Shown here in pieces: positions 40,086 to 53,003 of a DNA stretch of 64,000 nucleotides (position 1 is the first letter of the stretch; the number at the start of each line of letters is the position of its first letter). The stretch is from the NCBI RefSeq assembly GCF_009914755.1, contig NC_060926.1; one strand, written 5' to 3'. This DNA comes from the human T2T-CHM13v2.0 reference genome, Homo sapiens. Position numbers and translations under genes: made by a program. The notes under the pieces are model-generated. The model ran no database searches, had not been told where the DNA came from, and worked only from the letters and a program-made list of their open reading frames with translations.

Positions 40086-42189
40086 CTAAACTCAGTGAGG
40101 TCCATTTGTCAAAATAGTCTTGATTCTAGCTAGAAGCTGAGGATTATTTCAGTCTATGGACACCCAGACCCAGAGAGCCAATTTGAATAAAGTCACCAAT
40201 TTGGCAGACTTGGGTTTATTTTCTTCTCTTCCCAACTCACAGTGAGCACAGATATCTTTTTAATAAGGAATCTGGAGCATTTCTGGGAGTTTACAAAATA
40301 AGGTAGAAAGTAGCCTGGGTGCGATGAACATAAAAAATAGAGGGAACACAAAGGGAACCTGGAATCAGTGGGAAACTTCATTTTCTTTAATTAGCATATT
40401 TAAGTGAAGCTTAGAAGCTGCTCCTTCCCTGAAACATTGCATTTTATTAAAAGCTGTTTAGAGCTCATAACCATTCTGCTGATTTTCTCAAAACACGTTC
40501 TCCTTACAGGCCGGTGCTAAACTGTGCATATGAAATGAGCTCAGCTTAATGTTGTGTTAAAAGAATTTGGTCTCCAGAGCTGTCTCTCTTCTTAATAATA
40601 TGTAATCATACTCCATCTATTTAGTTTTCATTTAACTTGCCCCATGCAGGCAATGAATCCAGTTTAATTAAATGTGCCTTTAAATAGTCGAACGGCACTC
40701 ATTTGCACCTAGCAAGCCTCCCTTTCATCCTATTAAGACCCCCTCAAGATATAAAAACCCAATAAAGAGGCCATGTAAAATGTGTGTCTGATAATGTGAG
40801 GGAAGTCTGACATTTGCTCCATAATTTAGTGAAACCTGCAGTAGCTTTTGGGCACATTGTCTCAGCTGAATGGAGCCGGTGTGGGGCCTTGGGTTCTGGA
40901 AGGCTGTATCTGGATGAATCGTCATAAATAGCACATTTGGAGATGAGCTGGTGATCTTCTGGGTTGGAGCCAGCAGCAAAGGAAGTGAGGCCACTGAGAC
41001 ACCAAACAGTTACCCAGGGAAGCTCTCAGAGGGTCTTTAAAGAGGGCCTGGCCTGTGCCTCTGGTCATACTCTCTGGGGACAATGGGTGGATGGGGCTGC
41101 AGCTTTCCCTATTACAAGATGTGCTAAGAAGGAAGGGAAACCTATCCTGAACACTGACAGCAGAAAATTAGGCAGTATTTTGCAGTCAAGAAGGGGTAAC
41201 AGTAGAATCCATAATTTTTACAGTGACCATCCTAATCTCTGAGTCCCTCAGTTAAGGACTGGATTCAGTTCAATCTAGTGCTTCATGATTCATGCAGGTA
41301 ACACATTATTTCTCCAGCAACTGCCAAGTGCTAGCCCCTGTTACAGACCAGAGACACAACAAGCAGATGACAAGCAGATAATTAGATGGTGTCAGGTGGT
41401 GAGAAGGAAGAGAATACATCAGGTTAAAGGGTATGGAGGTTAATGGAGTGGGCAGTTGTAGGAGTGGGGTGCACATATTGTCAGCGGAGACCTCATTTGT
41501 TAGGTACTATTTGGTAAGCTCAGATTTGACACACTCTTGTTGGTTATGTGCTCAGGGCTAAGTTCTAGGGGCTTTTACACTGTATGTCAGAGACTGTCTA
41601 CAATGCATCACTCCATTGGCTAACTTAGTTGACTGTGTTGATCGGTTGGGGCCCCCTTTCTTTATTTGTGTCCTTCTGCAACAGCATGCAAAACAGGATT
41701 TTTTCCAGTTGTTCGCCCAGGGATTTTTAAATGCCATGTTTTATTGTTCCTTATGAGTTCAATGTATGTAAGCCCTGCCCGCCTAGTGAGAAAATAAGCT
41801 CTTTAATGTTGAGAACTCAGCCTTTTAGTTGTCTATTTCCCACCCAGCAGGAGTGCCTTTTTAATACAGGTTAACACAAACTTCAAACTGTAATATGATT
41901 TAAAAATTTATATTTTGGTACTTTATGCTTTGAAAAATTGGCCTGTGTATCATCCCAATAAACCTGTGTGGTGAATAATATCTATAACATCCAACTGTGT
42001 GGTATTGGTCAAATTCATTCATTCATTTATTCATCCATTTAACAAATATGATTTCAGTTGCATGATTAATTTCCTTGGAATTCAACTTTCTCATTTAAAA
42101 TTTAGGGACATTAATGCTTGTTTTGCATAATGTGAAAATGATACAGTAAATAGGTTAAATAACTACCACAATGTACATAATAGGTGCTC

Positions 42190-44480
42190 AATAAATAAGA
42201 GCTATTTATGAGTTCAAGCATGTGTAGGATGATGAGTGGGAGCAGGAGATATGAGACGTCATGCAAAAGAAATAGCTAGAGGCCAGATCGTGATGGACTT
42301 AAAAACCTAATTGCAATGCGGGTCACTTGAAGTATTTTAAGCAAGGAAGTGGCATGATCATATGATTATACTGGTGACTGCATAGAGAACAGATTAAAAG
42401 AAGACAAAAGCAGAAGCAGAAACACCATTTAGATGGGTGTTGCAGTGGTTCAGGTAGGGAATGATGGTGGTTTGGCTGTGATAAAGGAGATGAAGAGAAG
42501 TCAGCGGACACAGAAGGTATGGTTCAACAGTGGAATGGACAGGACTTGCTAGTGAATTGAATCTGAGAAGTAAGGGAAAGGGAAGAGACTCCCAGCTTTC
42601 CAAGTTAAGCAATCAAATGTTTTCTGAGGGAAGTAACACTCAAGGACAAATAGGTTTGCCACTTAGTTTCCACACATCACACCTAGATTCCTAATGACAG
42701 CATCCGCCTAAAGCTCAGAAGATAATGCTGAGTGAGAAAATAGATTTCCTGACTTTAATATCCCATGGTATTTAAAGCCATGGGAGGCGATGAGATCACC
42801 TGGAGAGAAACTGAAGTGTGAGAAGAGAGGAGGACTCTGGTGAGATCTCTGAAGAACTGCACAGCTTCAGGTTTGCATAAAGGAGGAGAAAGTGAGGATT
42901 GGCCAGCGGCACAGAAGAAAAATCACAGATGTTAGGAAGAGAGAGTGATTCAAAAGGAGGGTCATTTTTTATTCTGTCAAAACCATCTGAGAGGTAAAGT
43001 TAGTTGAGGGTTTAGCAGAACAGAGGTCATTGAAGACCCTGATAAGAGAAAATTCAGAAGACAAGAGGAAAAACCAGTTTGGAATAAATTTGAGAATAAA
43101 GGGGAAATAATAAAGTGGAGCTATTTTTCAGGAAAGAATTATTGAGACCTACTACATTCCAGGCACTGCTACAGATGCTGGGACTGAGCAGTCAATTGAC
43201 AGTGTCTCAAGTTACTTCTGTTGTAGAGGGAAGAAAGACAATAGACATACAAATAAATATGTGATATGTCAGCTGGAAAGAATAATGCAGCATTAAGCCA
43301 GACTTAAAGGGACTTAAAGGAGTGCTGAGTGGATATGGTTGTTGTCTTACCTAGGGAGGTCAGAGAAGTTGGCTAGGGAAGTCCTCTCTCATGATGAGGT
43401 GTCGGAGCACAGACCTATAGAAAATGAGAGAGAGCATGCCCCATGAAAGTATCTGTGAAGACAATAGCAAAGACTTGGAACCAACTCAAATGTTCATCAA
43501 TGATAGACTGGATTAAGAAAATGTGGCACATGTACACCATGGAATACTATGCAGCCATAAAAAAGGATGCGCTCATGTCCTTTGCAGAGACATGGATGAA
43601 GCTGGAAACTATCATTCTGAGCAAACTATCGCAAGGACAGAAAACCAAACACCACATTTTCTCACTCCTAGGTGGAAACTGAACAATGAGAACACTTGGA
43701 CACAAGGCGGGGAACATCACACACTGGGGCCTGTCGGCGGGTGGGGGATGGGAGAGGGATAGCATTGGGAGAAATACCTAATGTAAATGACGAGTTGATG
43801 GGTGCAGCAAACCAACATGGCACATGTATACATATGTAACAAACCTGCACGTTGTGCATGTTTACCCTAGAACTTAAAGTATATATATATAAAAAAATCT
43901 GGGAAGAGTACATTCCAGGCAGAAGAGGCAGTACATACAAGAGACCTGAAGTGGCTTCATGAATAGCATTGATAAGAAACAACAATGAACACCCAGTGTG
44001 GCTTGAGTAGAATGCATGAAGTAAAAAGGGGTAGTAGGTGAGGTCAGCGTGGTGAAAGGGGGTGGTAGAGTAGACCATGTCTGGCTTTAGAAATCTTTTT
44101 TCAAAGACAGTCTTTCCCTCTAAGTTGCAAGGTAATTAGTAGGTTTTCATCAGAAGCTGCTGCAAGGTGGACCAGGTAGAAGCAGAGAGAGCCATTGGGG
44201 ACTATCGTTGTCATCCAGGTAAGAGATAATAGCAGCTTGCACCAGATGGTAGTAGTCAAATGGTGAGAAAAAATCAAAATCTGAAAATATTTTAAAGCTA
44301 AAGGTAGTGTAATTTACTAATAAACTGGATGTTAAGTATGAGTGATGGAAAAAGTCAAGGATGACTACATAAATGATTTAGGAAGTTGACCGTGAAGAAG
44401 GGTTCAAAATAGTAGACAATGGCTGGAAGGGACAGGGAACAAGGTGAGCAGTTTAAGAATGTGTTTGCCTGCAAATGAGA
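42190..44480 (-). mobile_element. Antisense L2 pieces, interrupted by an L1PA
   Basis: ttttaagcaaggaagtggcatgatc, atttaaagccatggga...gagatcacct, cattccaggcagaag, aagtcaaggatgact. Confidence 0.7.
43461..43891 (+). mobile_element. 5'-truncated L1PA5/6-like 3' end
   Basis: ORF2 C-terminus TIAKTWNQ..C.SMIDWIKKMWH.YTMEYYAAIK...LGGN followed by the 3' UTR; degenerate TSD aaagtatctgtgaaga/aaaaaatctgggaaga. Confidence 0.93.
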
Positions 44481-44487
44481 AGAATCC

Positions 44488-45205
<718 letters not shown>

Positions 45206-45944
45206 AAATGTGTATCAATGTGATTTTGACTTAGTAGCCATAGAAGAAGATGAGGAATGACATGAAAGTGAACCACTCTCCCTCTTTTCAGACTGAAATA
45301 TCATCTAAGATCAGGATTTGCAGTGACCCACGTGGCAGTCAAGGGAGAGAGTGTCTTGCAGCAAGGCTTTTGGATTGTTCTTGGACATAAATGGTGAATT
45401 ATACAAAGAGGAGTTTTTGGAAATATTTGCAGGTTTGGTATGGAGGCCACATGTCCTTTTAAGGAATCAGGTTCTAGAAATTGAAACCTACAGATTTTGA
45501 ACTTGCCACTTGTACCACACACATTTTTCTAAACCTAGTCTCAGATTGAGAAAGAGAGACAGAAAGAGAGATCAGGAAATAAATATAATAAAAAGTGAAT
45601 GAAAGTGCAATTTTGACCTAAGGACCTTAAGCAGAAAAACAGGTTACTCAGCTACTCCTTTTTTAAATAACGAAAATGAAATGAGAGAAAGTAGATGGTC
45701 ATTATTATTACTATTATCACAGCTGTCATTCCCTCATTGATGCCTCGTTAAGATGGATTTTAGTAGATCACAATCTAATATACTACTATATTGAAGACAC
45801 TTTTTTAAAAAAGCAAAAATAAATCAATAAAATGTTAAAAGACCACTGATGAAATCATGGAGTGGATTAATTAGGGTGTAATATTCAGATCATATTCTTG
45901 AGTTGGGCATTTTTTAAAATGTTGTTTTTCCTGTATTCATGTTT

Positions 45945-46180
45945 CTAGGGCGTTGGCTCTGACTTTAATCTGTCAGGATTCAAACCCTAACAGATCCTCA
46001 TTCGAACATTTACCATGTGACTCAGGACAAGTTATTAACCTAAATTCCAATTTCCTCACCTATAAAATGGGAATAATGAGAACACTGATCCCAGAGAGCC
46101 ACTATGGTGATTCCATGAGCGATGTGGGTGAAGTGCTGGGTATGGTGTTTGGCATAGAGCGAGTGCTAAATAAATAGTTT
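45945..46180 (+). mobile_element. MIR SINE
   Basis: aatttcctcacctataaaatgggaataat...gtgctaaataaat. Confidence 0.75.
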
Positions 46181-48221
46181 TAAACAACTGCTAGTGAAGG
46201 AGAGAAAAAGAGAACCTGAGTCATTAAGGTGATGTGTGAGTAGGATGCAAGCCAGGACAGAAGGTTACAGGGCCATATGTGGGTACAAATGGCCATGCTG
46301 AAGTAGGGACTCTGATATATTCCTCATTCTTACTCGGGGCAGTGATGAAAAAGGGAGAGCCTTGTTCAAAAAGCTGGACAACAGTGTCATTACAGGGGAA
46401 AGCATTTACCTTTTTTCCATGTACATCCTTTGTTCAACCACATGCTTCAAGGTTGCACATTCAAAACATACCTTCAAAGATTACAGCTTTTAGAGTTTCA
46501 AGACAGCAACAGATGAGCATTCAACCATGTGGGGGTTCTTCATAGGCCCTGTTTTCCTTGTTCTACTGTAATCCATAAATGGTTGGAAATGCAGACCACT
46601 GAAGAGAATTAATTAGGACTTTTCAGATTTAATGGGAACAATTCAAAGAGTCTAAGTTTCTTTTCCATCCAGCGTGAGTTTCCTATTTAGTGAAGTAAAG
46701 CTCAACTTTTATCAATAGTTTCATTCTCTTGTGGTATGTAAAACCTACACACACTCAGAGGCACCCAGAGGAAACTACACTCTGAGTTATTAGTAAATTC
46801 TCTCCAAGTGAAGCTGCCAAACACAGAAGCTTAAAACTAGATACAGCTTCTCAGGAAGCAGATCAAGCCCAGACTCTGCCACTGAGATTGAATTAACAGG
46901 AGCTCACAGGGCTCTCTTGGATAAGCCACATGGACCCAGGGTTGTTAATTTGGGAGGTTTATTAAATAGCGGATTAGGATTGAAAGCGAATGCATCAAAA
47001 TGTAAGAAGCCCTAGTTTGTTGAAATGAGAAAATTGATACTGAATGAGGTTATCTCTTGAATCTGGGCAGTCTTGTTTTGGCTACCCCACTGCTCAACTC
47101 CTAATTAGTAGGGCAGAAAAAAAAAGTCCACGTAGGCTAAATGGCCAAGAATAGATGAAAATCAGCTAATAATATAGTAATTAGGAACAAAGCCAAAGCA
47201 GGACCTGCAGATGCCCAAAGTTGAAGAGATGCAAAGAAAAGTGTTGCTATCCAAAAAAAAAAAAAAAAAAAAAAAAGTACTTGTCAGAACAAGTTTTTCA
47301 ACAGCATATACTTTTAGACTAAGATTGAGGATGAAGGTGACAGGAAAATGATTAGCCCCATAGTTAGGATTACTTATATTTAGAAAAATATTTGCAAAGC
47401 TTTCCTTCTCCTTTCATATCATAGCGAACACTGAAATTGTGTTGTTTTCCAACATAGCTGCTAATATTTGCAAAGTAATAATTTTGCAAAGGAAACAGCT
47501 TGAAATAAAGCATGCCTGATGCTTAGGAAGAAAGCAAAGAATGCTATCTTTGAGTAGTTACTATAGGTAGCTTTTGATCAGAACGAAGTGGCACAGAAAC
47601 ATCCGATTCCAGTCTCACTGGTGCTGTTTACTCCATGTGACCATTATCAGGTCTCACTTCTGCACTGGCTTTAGGATACTTCTACATCATATGAAAGTGC
47701 TGTACAATTTCCAAGTTCCTTCTAAGTCAAACATTCTGTTATTCTTCCCTCCAAAAGATCCTTCAAGACAATGGAAGACTAAATAGCAACTAGAACTTGC
47801 TTTGAAGTAAGGCTGACATTATCTGCAAACAGATTAAATCACTATGCTTATATTTTATACTGTTATGTATTTTCCCATTGCAGCTTCACAGTCTTCCCCA
47901 GACCTTATCTGTGTATATAGGCACACATGCATAACTGCCTTAACAGTAAAAACATGGTCAAAAATGTAAAAGTTCAGGATGCAAGTTTGATGACACACTT
48001 TATTTCTCCAAATTGAAATAAAACTAGATCAATCCCCTGGAAGAAGTTTAGAAAAGTGTTAGCCATCCTCTTCCCCTTTGATTTCCATGTCCAAAGATGG
48101 AGAAGCTGCCTTTCTAATCCTTCTGTTTCAGTTTCTTTAGCCAATGGGATTTTATTACCAAAAAATGTCACTGAAGAATCTGGCTGATAATGTCCAGCAC
48201 TGCAGTTTTTCACTAGACCAA

Positions 48222-48585
48222 TAATATAGTTTGGCTGTGTCCTCACCCAAATCTCATCTTGAACTGTAACTCCCATAATCCCTACATGTCCTGGGAGGGA
48301 CCTGGTGGGAGGTCATTGAATCATGGGGGCAGGTTTTTCTCATGCTATTGTCATGATAGTGAATAAGTCTCATGAGATCTGATGGTTTTATAAAGGGGAG
48401 TTCCCCTACACAAGCTCTCTTGCCTGCCACCACATAGGAAGTGACTTTGCTCCTCATTTGTCTTCAGCTATGATTGTGAGGCCTCCCCAGCCATGTGGAA
48501 CTGTGAGTCAATTAAACCTCTTTCCTTTATAAATTACCCAGTCTCAGGTATGTCTTTATCAGCAGCATGAGAACAGACTAATACC
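48222..48585 (+). mobile_element. THE1C/D MaLR solo LTR
   Basis: taatatagtttggctgtgtcctcacccaaatctcatcttgaa...gagaacagactaatac; 5-bp TSD ACCAA/ACCAG. Confidence 0.93.
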
Positions 48586-49554
48586 ACCAGCATCCATCAG
48601 TGATCTTTCAAGGGAAGAACAGATTGGAAGTGCTTTTTGGTGCTGCATTCAACTCAAGTGTAGCCTACACCTAAGAAGTTTGCAATGTGGTTCCAGAAAC
48701 CCTTTATAAAAATAAATAAGTTAGATGGTGCAATAACTCTGTATTCCATTAAAATCCTTTAACCTCTCTATGCTTAATTAACAAAGGGCAGGAGTATGAG
48801 ACAAAATAATAATCACTATTTAGCTCAAGCCAACACATATTTGCTGAAATTCTGCTCCATATAAGCAACTTATTTTTGTTTGGGGAATACAAAGATGAAA
48901 CCAACTCTGACTTCTACAGAGAAGGAAGGCTGCAATGGAGATGATGACAGTGTGAAACTGTTATTGGTGCAATAAGTGGAAAACCAAGCATCATGGTGTT
49001 GAGGGTGGAAGGTGGTAGTGGGGAGTTCATTTGTTGGGAGCATTTGTATTTTATTTTGACTTGGAGGTTAAGTAGAACTTCAACAGTGAGAGAAGTAAAG
49101 GAAAAAACAAAGACAATAACAATGGCGAATATTTTCTATGTAATTACTTGATAATATTACCATTTTTTTACTTTAGGGAGGAAATCTTGACCAATATATC
49201 TTATCTATGACATTGCACAGCCAGAACTTGAAAGCATATTTGGCATCAAGGCCTGAATTTATAAAACTGAGAGGGACAAATAGAATAATATATTTGGGCA
49301 AAGCCTGCAGTGTCCAGTGTCATTGTGGCATCTGGTGAAGGAGAAAATGTAGCAGAAGATGAAGTGGTAATTTAGTCCAGATTTTAGAAGGCTTTGACTA
49401 TCAGACAATATCTGACACCATTTATTGAACAAGAGTCCTTGATACTGTCCATTCCAGGAAAGGAGGGAACCTTTACTATGACACATGGTTAAATGTTAAT
49501 ACCAAGGGTGCCCCCAGGTAGGCTAATAACTAGATGCATCTTCAAAATAATTTA

Positions 49555-49944
<390 letters not shown>

Positions 49945-50032
49945 TCATAGTGGAAATACTTGGACTTGCATATGTTTTTTCTGAGTTCTGGCTCCAAACT
50001 TTCATGTAAAATAAAAAAGAAAAACTGTTTTA

Positions 50033-50380
50033 TGTCTTAGTTCATTTGAACTGCTATAAAAAAAAGGCCACAAACTGGGTGTCTTATGAAAAACAAAAAT
50101 ATATTTCTCACAGTTCTGGAGACTGGGAAGTCCAAGATCAAGGAGCCAGAAGATGCAGTGTCTGGTGAGGGTTTGCTTTCTGGTTCATAGATGGCACCTT
50201 CTTGTGGTGTTCTCACATGATGAAAGGGGCAAGGATGCTCTCTGGAGCCTCTTGTGTAAGAGCATTAAGCCCATCACCTAATCTAATCACCCCCAAGGGC
50301 TTTGCCTCCTAATATATCATATTGGTGATTAGGTTTCAGTACATGAATTTGGGGGGAACACTAACATTCAGACCACAGCA
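50033..50380 (-). mobile_element. MLT1A0-like MaLR LTR
   Basis: tgtcttagttcattt...ctgggaagtccaagatcaagg...aacattcagaccacagca. Confidence 0.85.
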
Positions 50381-52954
50381 AAACCTCTCCATTAATTTGA
50401 AACAGAAGCACGTTATAAGATATTTTGTGATATCAATCATTATTTAGTCAAGTTTTTAAAGAGTTTCACTCCTCCTCCAAAGTTATCATTAGTATACAGA
50501 CATTTGTCATGTTTTCTGATTGACTAAGACTTTCCCAACACCACTCCAACAAAGAAGCCATAGAAATGGCTTTGCCAGCTTCCTTGCAGCTTGAATTCAG
50601 GCATGTTACCTAGACTCCACCAAGTGAATACACTTTGCAAAATATGATAGAAAGCAAGCAGTGTGAGGAAGAAAGAATTACACATAATCCATTTTGTTTT
50701 TGTTCCCAAGATTAGTGAAGTATCCAGCATGTGAAGTCTGCAGTGGCTGCAGAAGTTGCAAAGGTGCTTTTCTTATGTCAAAGGGGCATTATGAAGGAAC
50801 AATAGTGCTTTCAGAAGCAGTGAGTTCTTGATGCACAAGTAGTGCTGGTACAAATTGTATTTTCTAGTCAGTGTGCAGTTTTCTTACCAGATCAGTTTCA
50901 CAGTGTGCTTTAAAGGCATTACCCTGAACACTTAGCCTCCAACTTTCTTTTAATAATTCTGTGATTTGCTAAATATATGTAATAAATTCCTTTTCTGTTT
51001 AATTGTCCTAAGCTAGCTTCTGTTGCCTAGATCTGCAAATCTCATCTAGTACACAATGTCCTTTCCTTTCTGAGAAACTTAATTTTCTCTACCTTATTCC
51101 GTATCCAGTGATGTTTTAAATCCTCAGCTGATGGTTTGGCAGCTCATATGGATGGGTGCTTCAGGCAGCTGTTGTGCCAACCTGCTATTGAATCTGGAAC
51201 TAAATATTGGAAGGAGCAACTCTAGGAGAGCAGCCAGTGAAAGGACATGGGTCCCTATCTGGCAGATAAATGGTGGGGAGCAGTAATAGGAAGGCTTAGC
51301 TGTAGGGCTGAAAAATATTAGGCTCAGACTCACAGTTTATCTTGGACTAGTCTTGTGTACAGCTGTAGTAACATTTGAATTGTAAGTTGCTCCCATCTCC
51401 AAGTTTCCACAGTATATCACATCTTTGTTATAATATAACACATAATGTACTACAATTATCAGTTTATTCATCTGCCTCTATCATTAGACTGAAGCCAGAA
51501 CAATAATACTGTTGTGTGTCCGTAACTAGTACTGATTGTTGGACTTTATGGAAGACCCAACAGCTTCTCTCTTCACCACCCCCCAAATTTTGAACAAATT
51601 GATAGATAAGATAAAAGGTTAACAGAAAACACTGATATAGTATTTTTCTAAGCGTTTTCCATTAACTCATTTAATCTATAACAATCTTGTAAAAGTAGGT
51701 ACCTATATTACCTGCCTATTTTCTCAGCACATTGCCAAATATAAATCAACAGGAAACTTAAAATTAACACAATAATAAAATTCCAAATAGCTGAATATAA
51801 ACTTCTTTCCAGGATCAAATTCCTTGGGAGAAAATTAAGTCTATAGATTAGATCCCCTTGAAAATTCAAATTTAGATAAAACAAAATTCAAAGTAATTTA
51901 AGTCCAAAATCAAATATTATTGTCCTTGGCTATGTAAAGCCAAAGAAAGGGAAGTCCTTTTTGTGTTCTACTCGGTCTTAGCTTAAGATATTTTCAATGC
52001 CTGGCTTCCTTTAGAAGCCACAGCCAGTGTTATCCATCACTAGAATACAGGCCATTTCTCTGAACCTCAGGAACTGAATTAGTTCAACGTCAAGTTTGTC
52101 ATGTACCTCACTTTTTAATGAGTCCAAAGATTTTTTAAAACACAAGAGTTTATTCCAGTACTGCTGCAAACCTTAAACATACAGAAACAAAGGGAATTCC
52201 TACTCCTCAAGACCTCATTTCAGATAAAGAAACCCAGAGCTTAAGGCTTCCAAAGACCATAGCAAAGATTTGATGGTATCTGAAAAAAAGTGAGTAGGTG
52301 AAAAAAATTCTGATTTCAGCTCCAAATGTACCAATCAGGCCATCCCTGTTTAAGAAGACGATCAACTGTAAATTTAAACTCAATTAGGAGATCTTTTTGA
52401 ACAAAAGTTAACTTGGGCACTGTACATTTATCTTATCTGAGATGGAATTTCACTTAGGGATTCTGTCTCCCATTCCAGAAAGGGCCATTTGACACTGCAT
52501 TGTGTCTTCTAGAGTTTACAAATATGCAGTGGCGGCAGTCCAATCATCAAGTCTTTCTTGAAGTAACATTATTTCCCACTAAGTGCATTTAAACCTCCCT
52601 AATTTCCATGTTTCCTTTGATCCCTGTGTCCTTGGCACCCACGGAGCATGGGTCTTTCTGGAAGCATATTTGCTCACTCCCATGCCAGCAGGCATTCTTA
52701 CTCCTCAATGTCTATTAACAAAACTACTTGCCATGGAATTGATTAGGCCTAAAACACCTGCCTCCTAGAAGAAGTTTCTCCCTTGTCGTATCTGACTTTC
52801 AGTTGAACCAATATCTGGGAACTGAAATAGTTTTTGCTGTTTCTGAAATTTGTAATGGGGGGCGCTGAGGACCAAAATCTCTAACATGTGCTCTTCAAAT
52901 ACAATAAAATACAGAAAAAGTTTAGTAATTAATCCAGGACAAATGTGAGGTCAA

Positions 52955-52956
<2 letters not shown>

Positions 52957-53001
<45 letters not shown>
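52957..53001. repeat. (TG)n microsatellite (~22 units)
   Basis: Uninterrupted TG run. Confidence 0.97.

Positions 53002-53003
<2 letters not shown>

Noticed and set aside
43301-43320. GACTTAAAGG x2 and similar 10-12 bp tandem duplications (~19857, ~55422)
   Set aside because: Ordinary slippage micro-duplications.
43443-44078. Overlapping ORFs with L1 ORF2-like text
   Set aside because: Remnants of a truncated L1PA; the same applies to ORFs at 2747-2995 and 8254-8997.
47253-47276. Isolated A24 tract (also A20 at 55289-55308) as a retrocopy tail
   Set aside because: No convincing TSD or upstream cDNA; relevant mainly as oligo-dT mispriming sites.
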